Below are positions 38,214 through 47,949 of a stretch of 64,000 nt of DNA, in pieces; position 1 is the first letter of the stretch, and every line of letters begins with the position of its first letter. The position numbers and the translations under genes were made by a program. Below the pieces are notes generated by a model that saw nothing but the letters and a program-made list of their open reading frames with translations, did not search any database and was not told the origin of the DNA. The DNA comes from Dehalococcoidia bacterium. GTDB taxonomy: Bacteria > Chloroflexota > Dehalococcoidia > Lucifugimonadales > UBA3495. The stretch spans positions 15,994-79,993 of the forward strand of contig JASLXV010000020.1 of NCBI GenBank assembly GCA_030740155.1, given 5' to 3'.

Positions 38214-41200
38214 CTAGGCATTACGGCTCAGATCGCCCCTCAGATATCGGTTCATGAAGGAGTTTTCGTTCGCCGGCGAATTGCCCAACGTGCCGGGTAT
38301 CCAGAGTCCCTTTCCTTCCAGGCCACCGTCCTCAGCCTTGGTAATCCGCACCAGCGTTTCCTTGGGGACGGTGTTGACGGCGTGGTTGTCCGCCTCTCCG
38401 CCGAACATGAAGGACATCGCCACCTTCTTCTTGTGGAACAAGGTATCGGTCTGGTGCATCGGCGTGGACCAGTCGCGGGTGATGCTCTGATGAGAGCCGT
38501 AGCGCAGGTTGGCCTGGTAGCCGGTATCGGCGGAAAGGGCCCGCCCATCCGGTCTGGTCTCGTGGGCCAGCACGCTTCGCTCGGTGGCCATGTAAGGCGA
38601 GTGCTTGATCATGATGACCTGGTACGGATACGACGGATTGAATCTGGCCCGAAGCATCAGACGAGCCACCTTGTAGAAGGGATCGTCTACGGACCAGCCC
38701 GGGTAGGGCCGGTCGGCAGGGTCGGCGTCCACGTAGACGTAGTCGCCGTCCGCGATGCCCAGGTCTTCAGCGGCCTTCGGATTTATGTGCAGTTGGTGCT
38801 CTCCGAGGCCGACCATGCGCTTGTCCTTCCGGTAGGGGTCGGCGAAGTTCGAGTCCCACAGCATGTGGATATCGTCCACGCTCCACTGGGAGTGGACCCG
38901 GTGCCTGGTTTTGGGCGTAAGGGCATAGAAATGGAACCCTTGACTCCATAGGGGATTCTTGGTGGATTTCACTTCGGCCCAGGTCAGCTTGTTGTTTGCT
39001 ATGGTCCGGATGTCTCCATCCAGGACTTCCGCCTGCAGCATGTCGGGGGTTATGCCGAAGTTGTCGGGCCGGATGTACGGATTGGAGGAAACGATAACGT
39101 TGGGAAGGTAGGGCGTTGCCTCTGGGCCCTCCCGGTGCACGATGAAGTTCTCGCCGTACTGGATGGCTTCCGGTATGTCACAGTAGGCGTTCAGCCGTCC
39201 CGTGTCGGTGTAGAAAGGAACGTTGTCTTCCATCTGTTCCCAGAAGGGTATCCGGGGATAGGTGCGGAAGAGCATCAGGGCGGCGCCCGGCTCGCCGTAC
39301 TTGCCGGACATTATGTCGTCCAGTTTGTAACCCGAGAGGGGGGGTCGAGCTGTCCAGCAGCCGCTGAATGTGGACGTCGTTCCTGCCTTCCAAGATAAAC
39401 TTCCAGTAGTCGGCGATGCGCTGGTCGTTGGTGATTTCCGACAGGCGCTTCGCCACCCCGGCGATGATCTGAATGTCGTCCTTGGAGTCGAACACGGGCT
39501 TGAGGCCGCCGCCGCCCCAAATCTGGAGGAAGGGGTTGGAGCACGATGCCGTGATCTCCAGATTCTGGAACTCCATCCAGGAGTTGGCGGGGAGGGTGAA
39601 GTCCGAGTACTCGCCGGTGGCCGTCATCTCGATATCTTGGTTGATGATCGTATCTATCTTGGGGTTGACGGTCTTGATGAGGCCGTAGGCCCATTTGGCG
39701 TTGTTGATGATGTTGACGTTGGTGAACCACAGGAACTTGGTGGGCGTCGGCATGTGGGTTTCGCCCGTGAAATTCTTGCGACCGTACTTGGGGGTATCGA
39801 CGATCAGGGCCTTGTCGCCGTGGTCCCAGTAAGCGGGCTCCTCGCCTTTGGCGTGACCGTGGGCGGGGATGTCTTTACCCGCGGCATTGGGGTCCAAGTT
39901 GGGGTTGAAGGGGTCCTCGGCGACCCAGCCCTTGAACCCGGGGCCGACCCAGGACGGACCCTGGAAGAGGGCCGCCTTGTAGTTCCCGGCCCAGGCATGG
40001 CTGCCGGCTCCGGCCTTGCCGATGTTTCCGGTCAACATGAGAGGAAGGTAGGTTGCCCGGTTATGCAACGTGGCGTGGAACCAGTGGTTGATGCCCTCGC
40101 CGGTGTGAATTGCCACCGGCTTAATGGTGGCGATGTCTTCGGCCAGCCGCTCGATCAGCTCTTTGGGGGCCCCGCAGATCTCCGACGTGGTATCCAGGTC
40201 GTAGTCCCGGAGGTGCACCTTGTACATCTCCCACAGGGTCATCACTTCTACGTCAGACCCGTCGTTGAGCTTCACCGTGCCCTGCCACTCCAATTCGGGG
40301 TCCACGCCGCTGTCCACCAGCTTCTTGCCGAGGAGTTCCCTGTGCAGGGGCTTCAGCGCGCCGCTGTTCTTGTCGCGCACCACAAAGTCGCCCACTTTCT
40401 GGTACTGATCCTCCTCCAGTCCTTGGATGGTGAAGCTGGGTCCGTTCCGGTCAAGCCCGAGCTGGTAATCTGGGAAAACGTCCTCGGGTTTCAGGCGCTT
40501 GAGGTTGTCGGTCCGTACCAGCAGAGGGAGGTCGGTGTACTGCTTGACAAAATCCTCGTCGTGCCACCCTCGATCCATGATGATTTTGCTTACCGCCAGG
40601 AAGATGGACGTGTCGGAGAGTCCAGGCCGCACGGAGATCCAGTAGTCGGCCTTGGTCGCCGGGGGGCTGTACTCGGGCGAGATCACGACTACCTTGGCGC
40701 CCCGCTCCATCGTCTCGATGAACCAGTGGGTGTCGGGCATCTTATTCTCGACCAGGTTCTTGCCCACCTGAATGTGGAGCTTGGTGTTGCGCATGTCGTT
40801 GAAATCGCAATCGGAGGTCTGAAGCCCGTGGACGTAAGGATGTCCGGGGGCCTGGTCGCCGTGCCAGGTGTAGTTAGCCCAGTTCCGTCCGGCCAGGGAT
40901 TCTTCGGGAGAGACTCCCCGGACCTGGGTGTCCAGGATGGCCATCGTGTTGGAGAACCGGTACATTCCGTATTTGCCGATTACGCCCAGCAGGCCCATGC
41001 CGCCCCGGAACTTCATGGTCCGGGTGCCGGCGCCCTGGGTCGCGTCGATCATCTCGGGCTGATAGCCATCGGCCTCGAGACGCCGCCGGCCGTCAGCGCT
41101 ACTGTAGGTCTCAGCGTTTGACCTGGCGACCCGGGCGATGTAGTCGAACGTCTCGTCCCAGGTGAGGCGGACGAAAGTGTCGGTGCCTCGGGAGTTGAAT

Positions 41201-41718
41201 TTGTAGGTGTCCCGGAGACTGGGGTCATCGGAGAGGGAGGGGAACCCGGCGTCGGCCCAATCTTTCCAGCCCTTTCGCACTATGGGGTGTTTGATCCGGT
41301 ATGGCCCGTAGACCCGCCGGTGCATGGTCTGGCCTTTACCGCAGCCCCTGGGGTTCCAGGCGCTGGTAGCCTTGTTGCCGTACAAGTCGGAAATGATACC
41401 GGAGTCGTAGTTCGGCTCCGAGCGTAAGACCACGCCGTTCTTGACGAAGGCCCGCATCCGGCAGGCGTGGGTGTCGTTGGGAGAGCACACCCAGGTGAAG
41501 CTATCATCGTAGGAATACTGGTCCCGGTACACCGACTCCCAATCCAAGTTGGGATAGCTCTCCAGAGGGTTGATTAGCTGATTGGTGGGCACCAGCGTGC
41601 GTGAAGCCAGGCTCGGCTTCACATTGAGCGAGCCCAAGCCCCCGATGGCCGCCGCGCCCGCCGCCGCGCCGGCGGTCCCTTTGAGAAACTGTCGCCTGGA
41701 GAACTTGCTGCCGCTCAT
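38214..41718 (-). CDS. nxrA: Nitrite oxidoreductase / nitrate reductase alpha subunit (Mo-bisPGD), Nitrospira/anammox-like; +1 frameshift in G7 at 39338-39344
   Basis: Tat SRRQFLK; FS0 motif CSPNDTHAC...RGC; NYTWHGDQ (Asp Mo ligand); GKNLVENKMP; HREGPEATPYLPN; TPKTRHRVHSQW; KAEDGG. Removing one G joins the two ORFs into 1167 aa. Confidence 0.85.
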
Positions 41719-41879
41719 GTATTGCTCCTTATTGGGAGTACGGTCCGGTTGTTAACCGGGGGTTAAGAATGGCGTAGACCACAGGTTCCCCAAGTGGAAC
41801 CTGGTGTTTTTATTGCACCTGATTTCTGGATTGTAACAGCGCTTTCCACGTTGTTGGCCATTAGAGGTGATAGTCCACT

Positions 41880-41899
41880 ACCTACCAATCTTGGTAGGT
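41880..41899. promoter_or_regulatory. Palindromic operator candidate in the nxrA leader
   Basis: ACCTACCAA-TC-TTGGTAGGT perfect 9-bp inverted repeat. Confidence 0.5.
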
Positions 41900-41920
41900 T
41901 AAACCGGTATTGGGACCAGT

Positions 41921-41938
41921 TTGTGAAGTGCTTCACTA
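41921..41938. promoter_or_regulatory. Rex-like operator
   Basis: TTGTGAA-GTGC-TTCACTA versus Rex consensus TTGTGAA-N4-TTCACAA (one mismatch). Confidence 0.6.
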
Positions 41939-41943
41939 GGTTA

Positions 41944-41971
41944 ATCGTAACTGGTAACAGGCCGGTAACAA
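41944..41971 (-). promoter_or_regulatory. Putative nxrA operon promoter
   Basis: Minus strand TTGTTA-N16-TACGAT; contains two TGTTACC direct repeats 11 bp apart. Confidence 0.45.
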
Positions 41972-42138
41972 TTCTTGGGGAAGGGTCGGGGGTGCCTCAT
42001 CTCTGATCCCATCCGCTCCAAGCATAGGTGGCGCCCGTCTTATGTTCAAAGGCGCCTATCGAACACCGGCGGCGGGATTGCCTTGGCCGGGAATTGCCCG
42101 CGAGAAAAGCGGTCTATCGGGAGACTGGGTAAATCAGC

Positions 42139-42671
42139 CTAGGTAGCCTGCTGACCCCGGCGGCGCATCACCACGAACGCTGCGGCGGCAATGGCGGCCA
42201 GGCCAGCAACGACGCTGGCGATGATCCCGGCGATCGCCCCTCCGGAGAGGCCACCGGAGGACGGCACGGGTGGCGGTGTGGGCGCCGGCGCCGGGGTCGC
42301 CGGTGCGGGGGTCGCCGTTCACGTCCCCGGCCAGAAGCGGCAACTCTCCGAGGTCCAGGGCGTCCCCACCGTCTACAACCAGGCCGGCCGCTCTGACCGC
42401 CAGGGTAGCCCGTAGCTTGGGCCGAGAGGGTGTAGATGCCAGGCTGGACCCCGGTGAAGGAGAAGGAGCCGTCGGCTGCGGTCAACGCGGTGGCGAGCCC
42501 CAACTGAACGGTCACCCCGTCGTGGCCGGTGGCGCCCTGTACCTGGACTCGCCCGCTAATAGTGGTGGTGGTCCCTTCCTGGGCCGCCGCCTCGGGAACA
42601 TGAAAGGCCGTCCCTGGCAGGAGCAGCAGAGATAAAAACGCCACCAGGGGCACCAACAGTTTCGTTATCAT
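42139..42671 (-). pseudogene. Remnant of a secreted, membrane-anchored surface protein (carboxypeptidase-regulatory-like beta domain, dockerin-like start, Pro/Thr linker, TM anchor)
   Basis: Signal peptide MITKLLVPLVAFL..AAA; DGSFSFTGVQPGIYTL; frameshift ~42404 (GY|LAVRAAG); LLAGDVNGD then out-of-frame jump to ATPAPATPAP..GGLSGGAIAGIIASVV..MRRRG*. Confidence 0.7.
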
Positions 42672-42978
42672 TTCCTGGATGAAGTCTAGTGCCGCGCTTC
42701 GGGGTATGTCAATCCGGCCTGCTCTCATCACCAGTCCCGCTCCCACCGAGCGAAGAACGGCTTCGAGTAAACCGGGTAAGGCTGAGGACGGCAACATGCC
42801 AGCCCTAGCTTTACCGGACCTACCGGATTGCCGGGGCATCGAGTCCTTGACCCCGTGCCTGGTTGATTTATAATGGCCTTAACCAACCACGAACCGGGGG
42901 TTGGTTTCGTAGGGAAAGGCCGTGACGTCGAACCCCGGCAAACCTCAGGTTCGACAACCTGCGCGAAGGAGCACGACG

Positions 42979-43782
42979 ATGGTGGTCGTAGACACCCATT
43001 GCCACGCCTCACCTGCCTGGTATGAGCCCGTGGAGATTCTCTTGGATCAGATGAACCGGAACGGGGTCGATAAGGCGGTGATAGTCCAAATCCGCGGATG
43101 GTACGATAACGCCTACCCGGTGGAATGCATGCGGCGCTTTCCGGGTCGTTTCTCCGTGGTGGCGGTTGTCGACACCGACAGCCCCGACGCTTCGGAGCGG
43201 CTGGAGGAATGGGTGGAGCGAGGGGTCGAAGGCGTCCGGCTAGGTCCCGATGTGCGGTCCCCGGGAAACGACCCGCTGGCCATCTGGCGCAAAGCCGCGG
43301 AACTGGGCATCCTGGTAAGCAGCATCGGGCCGGTCCATGGGTTCGCCTCGCCGGGCTTTGAAAGCATCGTGAAAGAGTTGTCCAGCCTGAAGATCATCAT
43401 TGAGCACCTGGGTGGGGTGGGCGGCATCCAAGGGGGGCAGGACACGACACCGCCCCATGCTACGTTCCGCAAGGTGCTGGAACTGGCCCAATATCCCAGT
43501 GTCTACATGAAAGTTCCGAGTCTGGGGGAGATCTCTCCGCGGGCCATGCCGGTCCGGGCGCCCTACCCGTTTGAGGATGCCCCTCCATTCATCGAGATGG
43601 CGATCGATGCCTTCGGCGCCAAGCGCCTGATGTGGGGCAGCGATTTCCCGCCCGTGGCGAGACGCGAAGGATACCGAAACGCTCTCAGGTTACCCATGGA
43701 GCGAGTCGGGTTCAAGAGCCAGGAAGACAAGGATTGGATCTTCGGAGAGACCGCGGCCTCGCTGTTCCGGCTCGGCGATTAG
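42979..43782 (+). CDS. Amidohydrolase_2 family protein (lactonase-like)
   Basis: VDTHCH, GVRL, IIIEHLG, RLMWGSDFP; RBS AAGGAG. Confidence 0.9.
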   Translation: MVVVDTHCHASPAWYEPVEILLDQMNRNGVDKAVIVQIRGWYDNAYPVECMRRFPGRFSVVAVVDTDSPDASERLEEWVERGVEGVRLGPDVRSPGNDPLAIWRKAAELGILVSSIGPVHGFASPGFESIVKELSSLKIIIEHLGGVGGIQGGQDTTPPHATFRKVLELAQYPSVYMKVPSLGEISPRAMPVRAPYPFEDAPPFIEMAIDAFGAKRLMWGSDFPPVARREGYRNALRLPMERVGFKSQEDKDWIFGETAASLFRLGD

Positions 43783-43979
43783 GTCCGGCGGCCGAGGCTC
43801 CCGGATGGGGCAATTTTGAATAGTTTCGAATAAGAATGGTAACTAGTTAGTGACTGGGGAGCCCCGTTCAAGAATGACCGGGTTCGCCTCAAGGCAAGCG
43901 AGAGTCATTCCGTCTTAAGTTGCAGCAGCTTTCTAACCCGTGGCCTGGTTGGACTCGACCGGAGGATGGTGGAATCAGC

Positions 43980-45011
43980 ATGACACAGAGTGAAATCACT
44001 TCCAGACGCTTTCAGTTCGATGACTGGGATGCAGCCCAAGAGCACTACCTGGATGCCGGGATGACCGACGGTCTGCCCATCATTCCACCCACCGAACAGC
44101 GGGTACGGGCCATGCTGGACCACGCCGGATTGGCGCCCGGGGATGTAATCGGTGTGGAAAGCATCCGCCAGAAGCGGATGACCGCCGAGAAGGTCGCCAT
44201 CAACGCGGTAATGGCAGGCTGCAAGCCCGAGTATCTCCCCGTGGTCGTGGCGGCGGCGGCGGCGGTCTGCGAACCGCTTTTCAACCTGCACGCAAGCAGC
44301 ACTTCGACCAATGGCATCGCGATTCTGGTGCTGGTCAGCGGCCCCTACGCCAACGAAATCGGCATGAACGCCCGGACCGGGATGATGGGTAACGGTAACC
44401 GGGCGAACGCCACCATCGGCCGGGCGATCAACCTGCTCAAGACCAATTTCTACGGCTCAACGGCCCAAGACATGGACCAGAGCACCCTCGGGTACCCCGG
44501 CAAGTACAGCTTCTGCTTCGCCGAAAACGTGGAGGTCAGCCCCTGGCCATCGTTGGCGGTCTCCAAGGGCTTTCATGCCGACGCCACGACCGTCACCACG
44601 TTCGCCGCGAACTCCCCCCTTCAGGTCAGCGCCCACGGAGGGAAAGACCCGGAAGACTTCTTCAGCGGTTCAGCTCACGCGATGCAGGGGCTGGGACCCT
44701 CGATCTCGGAGGTGCTGGTGGTGATCAGCCCCGAGCTGATGAGCTACATCTCGGAAGCCGGCTGGAGCCGGGAGCGGATCGCGGAATTCCTTTGCACGAA
44801 GACCCAGGCGCCGGCGAAACAGTGGGCCGCCTGGCACCGGATCGACCAGGCTGTGGCGCTGCAAAACCCCGATGCCACCCTCGGCTGTGTTCAGGAGCCC
44901 GGCCGGATAACCGTGGTACCCGGCGGCGGCGCGGCCGGAGCCTTCACCGCGCTCATCGCGTCCTGGGCCAGCAGCCGCTCCGTGACCAAAGAAGTTCAAC
45001 TCAGGAGGTGA
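43980..45011 (+). CDS. UGSC partner-domain protein (stand-alone)
   Basis: GMTDGLPIIPPT, TAEKVAINAVMAGCKPEY, RANATIGRA, PGKYSFCFAEN; homologous to the C-terminal part of 32898-34577. Confidence 0.85.
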   Translation: MTQSEITSRRFQFDDWDAAQEHYLDAGMTDGLPIIPPTEQRVRAMLDHAGLAPGDVIGVESIRQKRMTAEKVAINAVMAGCKPEYLPVVVAAAAAVCEPLFNLHASSTSTNGIAILVLVSGPYANEIGMNARTGMMGNGNRANATIGRAINLLKTNFYGSTAQDMDQSTLGYPGKYSFCFAENVEVSPWPSLAVSKGFHADATTVTTFAANSPLQVSAHGGKDPEDFFSGSAHAMQGLGPSISEVLVVISPELMSYISEAGWSRERIAEFLCTKTQAPAKQWAAWHRIDQAVALQNPDATLGCVQEPGRITVVPGGGAAGAFTALIASWASSRSVTKEVQLRR

Positions 45012-45018
45012 ACCGGCA

Positions 45019-45561
45019 ATGGTTAGTCGGTCTGATCAGTTGGTGACTCTGGACCCTCGTGACGAGGGTGTTCCCAATACGGATGTCCTCGCCAAGCGCC
45101 CGACCACTCTGGACGGCAAAATCATCGGCCTCCTGTCCAACCGGAAGCCCCACGCCGATGAGCTGCTCCGCATGATCGCGGACGCGATTGGGGAGCGTTA
45201 TTCCCTCAAGGGCGTGGTGGAGATCAGCAAGGCAAGCCATCAGTGGCCCGCCGGCCCCGATATCCTCAAGGAGATGGCTGGGCAGTGCGACGTGATAATT
45301 CACGCCACGGCCGAATGAGGCTCCTGTACGTCGTGCAGTGTGCACGACGCGATGGAAGCGGAGCTTCTGGGCGTGCCCTCCACGGTGCTGTGCACCAAGC
45401 CCTTCGTTACCCAGGCCCACGCCATGTCCCGGATGCGGGGTGACGCAACCTATGGTTTGGCCATCGTCGACCACCCAATTGGGACCCTGACCGAGAAGGA
45501 GCTTCTGGAGCGGGCCCGGACGGCGGCGCTCCAGGCTATCGAGCACCTGGTCGCCCACTGA
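45019..45561 (+). CDS. UGSC-family selenoprotein (UGA 45316-45318 read as Sec)
   Basis: AGGAGG RBS; LDGKIIGLLSNRKP..CDVIIHATAE-U-GSCTSCSVHDAMEAELLGVP continues in frame to TGA at 45561. Confidence 0.85.
45329..45349 (+). promoter_or_regulatory. Bacterial SECIS-like hairpin 2
   Basis: CGTCGTGCA-GTG-TGCACGACG; GTCGTG core starts 11 nt after the UGA. Confidence 0.75.
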
Positions 45562-45618
45562 GCCTGGGCCGGGCCAGCCGGGTTTGGTCCGCTCACCTAG
45601 TCTCGCTTTGGCCGAGAA

Positions 45619-45660
45619 AATCCCCCTGTGCCCCCTCATTAGAAGGGGGGCACAGGGGGT
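45619..45660. repeat. CCCCCT...AGGGGG palindromic repeat copy
   Basis: CCCCCTGTGCCCCCTCATTAGAAGGGGGGCACAGGGGG. Confidence 0.65.
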
Positions 45661-45735
45661 CTCTTCGTTGCAAGCTTGGCGTCTTAGGTTCTAGGTAATT
45701 GGGCGACGGTGGATGACGTTGAGCCTGGCCCCGGG

Positions 45736-46857
45736 CTAGACCAGCACCACGGCGCCCTGCAACTGTTGCAACACATCCACAGCGCCCTGGACCAGTTCGT
45801 CCATTATCCTGGCGGCGGGCTTGGGGTCCTTGAGCATACCGCCGATCTGGCCTGCCGGGCTGTTTATCAAGTCATGCCGTCCCGCTTTGGACGCCGCCTC
45901 CACGAAGTCTTCCATCAAGGCCCCCTGCAAGGGCATGGGCAACGGGTCCAGGTCGGCATTCTCCCACGCATCGATGACCACGTTCTTGTAGTCTCGGGCG
46001 GTCTTTCCGGTGTAGGACCGGGTGATCACGAAGTCTTCGGTGGCTCCCCCGAGGATGTCAGCCTTATGGCGGTCCGGGATCATGCTCTCCTCAGCCACCA
46101 GGAAGGCGGTCCCGACCCAGGCTCCCACGGCGCCCAAGGCCAGGGCGGCGGCGACACCTCGCCCGTCTCCGATGCCTCCCGCCGCGATCACCGGAAGCGG
46201 CGAGACCGCGTCCACGACCTGAGGGATCAGGGGGAAGCTCGCAATCCTGCCGGTATGGCCACCGGCCTCGTGCCCCTGGGCCACGACAATATCCACTCCG
46301 GCCTCAACCTGCCGCCGGGCATGGCGCACCGAGCCCGCCATGCCGAAGACGGTGATGTCTTTCTCGCGGGCCAACGGGACCACCCAGGACGGGTCTCCCA
46401 GGGCCGCCGCGAACACGGGCACCCTCTCCTCCAACACCACGTCGACCTGGCCCTGGATGTTCTTGCGGGTGACCGGCCGCTTCTTTTCGGTGAATTCGTC
46501 CGGAAGATCGAACTCGCGCATCAGACTCCGCACGAACGCCACGTGTTTGGGATAGTCACGCTGAAGCTGCTCACGGATTCCTGCCCGGGTGTCCTCGGAC
46601 TCGGCAAGCCTGGCGGGCAGGAGCAAGTCCACCCCGAAGGGCTTGTCCGTCAGGGCGCGAACCTCTCGAATGCGCGTGCTGATCTCCTCGGGGCTCATCC
46701 CCGAACCGCCAATGACTCCCAGACCGCCGGCGTTGGAGACGGCGGCCACCAACGCGGGCGGCGTGGCGTTGCCTCTTCCGCCCATTCCTGCCAAGCAGAT
46801 GGGGTACTCGATACCAAGACGTTCGCAGAGTGGGGTGCGCAGTACATGCCTTTCCAT
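45736..46857 (-). CDS. Nitronate monooxygenase / FabK-like FMN enzyme
   Basis: LGIEYPICLAGMG, AAVSNAGGLG, QGHEAGGHTG, AAGGIGDGRG, GTAFL, PAGQ. Confidence 0.9.
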   Translation of the reverse strand: MERHVLRTPLCERLGIEYPICLAGMGGRGNATPPALVAAVSNAGGLGVIGGSGMSPEEISTRIREVRALTDKPFGVDLLLPARLAESEDTRAGIREQLQRDYPKHVAFVRSLMREFDLPDEFTEKKRPVTRKNIQGQVDVVLEERVPVFAAALGDPSWVVPLAREKDITVFGMAGSVRHARRQVEAGVDIVVAQGHEAGGHTGRIASFPLIPQVVDAVSPLPVIAAGGIGDGRGVAAALALGAVGAWVGTAFLVAEESMIPDRHKADILGGATEDFVITRSYTGKTARDYKNVVIDAWENADLDPLPMPLQGALMEDFVEAASKAGRHDLINSPAGQIGGMLKDPKPAARIMDELVQGAVDVLQQLQGAVVLV

Positions 46858-47099
46858 TCGGGTGCCTCCTCGCCTAACTCACTGTGCTTATTTCAGGGTT
46901 TCCTCAGCAATATCAGAGGGACAATACCAGAGGTGCTCCACCGGGCATGAGAACAGGGGCCGGCCCGTGTCGCCGGGGTCATGGGCTTTGGTCCGATGGC
47001 GGCCCGGCTGCTACTGTATAGTGAACCGTTTTGGCTGTCAATTCCGGCGGCTGAGTCGATTGGTGCGACCTGAACAAAATGGCAGGCCCGGCGGTGTGG

Positions 47100-47133
47100 A
47101 AATCCCCCTCGGTCCCCCTTTACCAAAGTGGGA
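47100..47133. repeat. CCCCCTTTACCAAAG repeat copy
   Basis: AATCCCCCTCGGTCCCCCTTTACCAAAGTGGGA. Confidence 0.6.
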
Positions 47134-47316
47134 TGAAAGGGTTGCTGTTCACCGCCGATGACGTCGAATGAGGTTGACGGTCAACGCAACGATGAGCGGG
47201 TTGGGTGGGGAGCAGGATACCACTTTCGTCATTGAGCACCGGCCTGGCAGGAGCCAAGCGCGCGCCCGCATTGTATAATCGGCCCAACCGATCCGAACCG
47301 AAGAAGGGGCTCGATC

Positions 47317-47772
47317 ATGAAGAAGGGAGGCCGACGGACTACCCTAGATGACTCGCTACCGGGTTCTCCGGGAGGCCCGGACGTCCGGACCATCATCCAA
47401 ACCATGGAGGAACCCCGGGCCGCGCTGCTAACCGAGCTTCGCGACCTGGCGCTGGCGCTTCCCGGCGTGGCGGAACGGACGTTGTACGATGGCTTCTGCC
47501 GCCACTGGACCCCGGCGTACTACTCGGAAGGCACTCAACTCTTCCACGTCCACAACTTCCGCGCCGGGCTCAGAGCCACCATGTTCGTGGGGTCAAGGAA
47601 GCTGGAGCCGGTCATTTTGGAGTCGGAGCAGGTTCCCCACGAGCTGCGCCTCCTGGTGGCCGAGACCCCCGGCCCCCGGGGCAGAAAGGAAGTCCGGGTG
47701 CCCATTGCCTCTCCCGAGGACGTGGCCTCGTTCTGGGAGTTGGTGCGGGTGAAGTGGGAACTGGGGCGCTGA
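47317..47772 (+). CDS. Hypothetical protein
   Basis: TATAAT at ~47274 and a GA-rich RBS upstream; codon usage like its neighbours; no family recognised. Confidence 0.6.
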   Translation: MKKGGRRTTLDDSLPGSPGGPDVRTIIQTMEEPRAALLTELRDLALALPGVAERTLYDGFCRHWTPAYYSEGTQLFHVHNFRAGLRATMFVGSRKLEPVILESEQVPHELRLLVAETPGPRGRKEVRVPIASPEDVASFWELVRVKWELGR

Positions 47773-47838
47773 GAGAGGCAGACCTGGCGAATATCCTTGG
47801 TGACGTCAAACACGTAGCTGCGAGAAGGTGCGATCAGG

Positions 47839-47949
47839 TCAGGTCAGGTCAGCCAGGCCCCCGAGGGCAGCGCTGCCGCCGGCGGTCAAGACCACCACCA
47901 GCCAGGGCGGCCACTTCCAGAGCATAAGCAATCCCAGCGCCACAATTGC
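47839..47949 (-). pseudogene. chrA: C-terminal fragment of a chromate transporter
   Basis: AIVALGLLMLWKWPPWLVVVLTAGG...* resembles the ChrA C-terminus; preceded by an in-frame TAG at the junction. Confidence 0.55.

Noticed and set aside
39370..41121. 583-aa plus-strand ORF and similar long antisense ORFs (e.g. 1700-2917, 45709-46950, 49284-50237)
   Set aside because: Shadow ORFs opposite real genes in high-GC DNA; no recognisable motifs.
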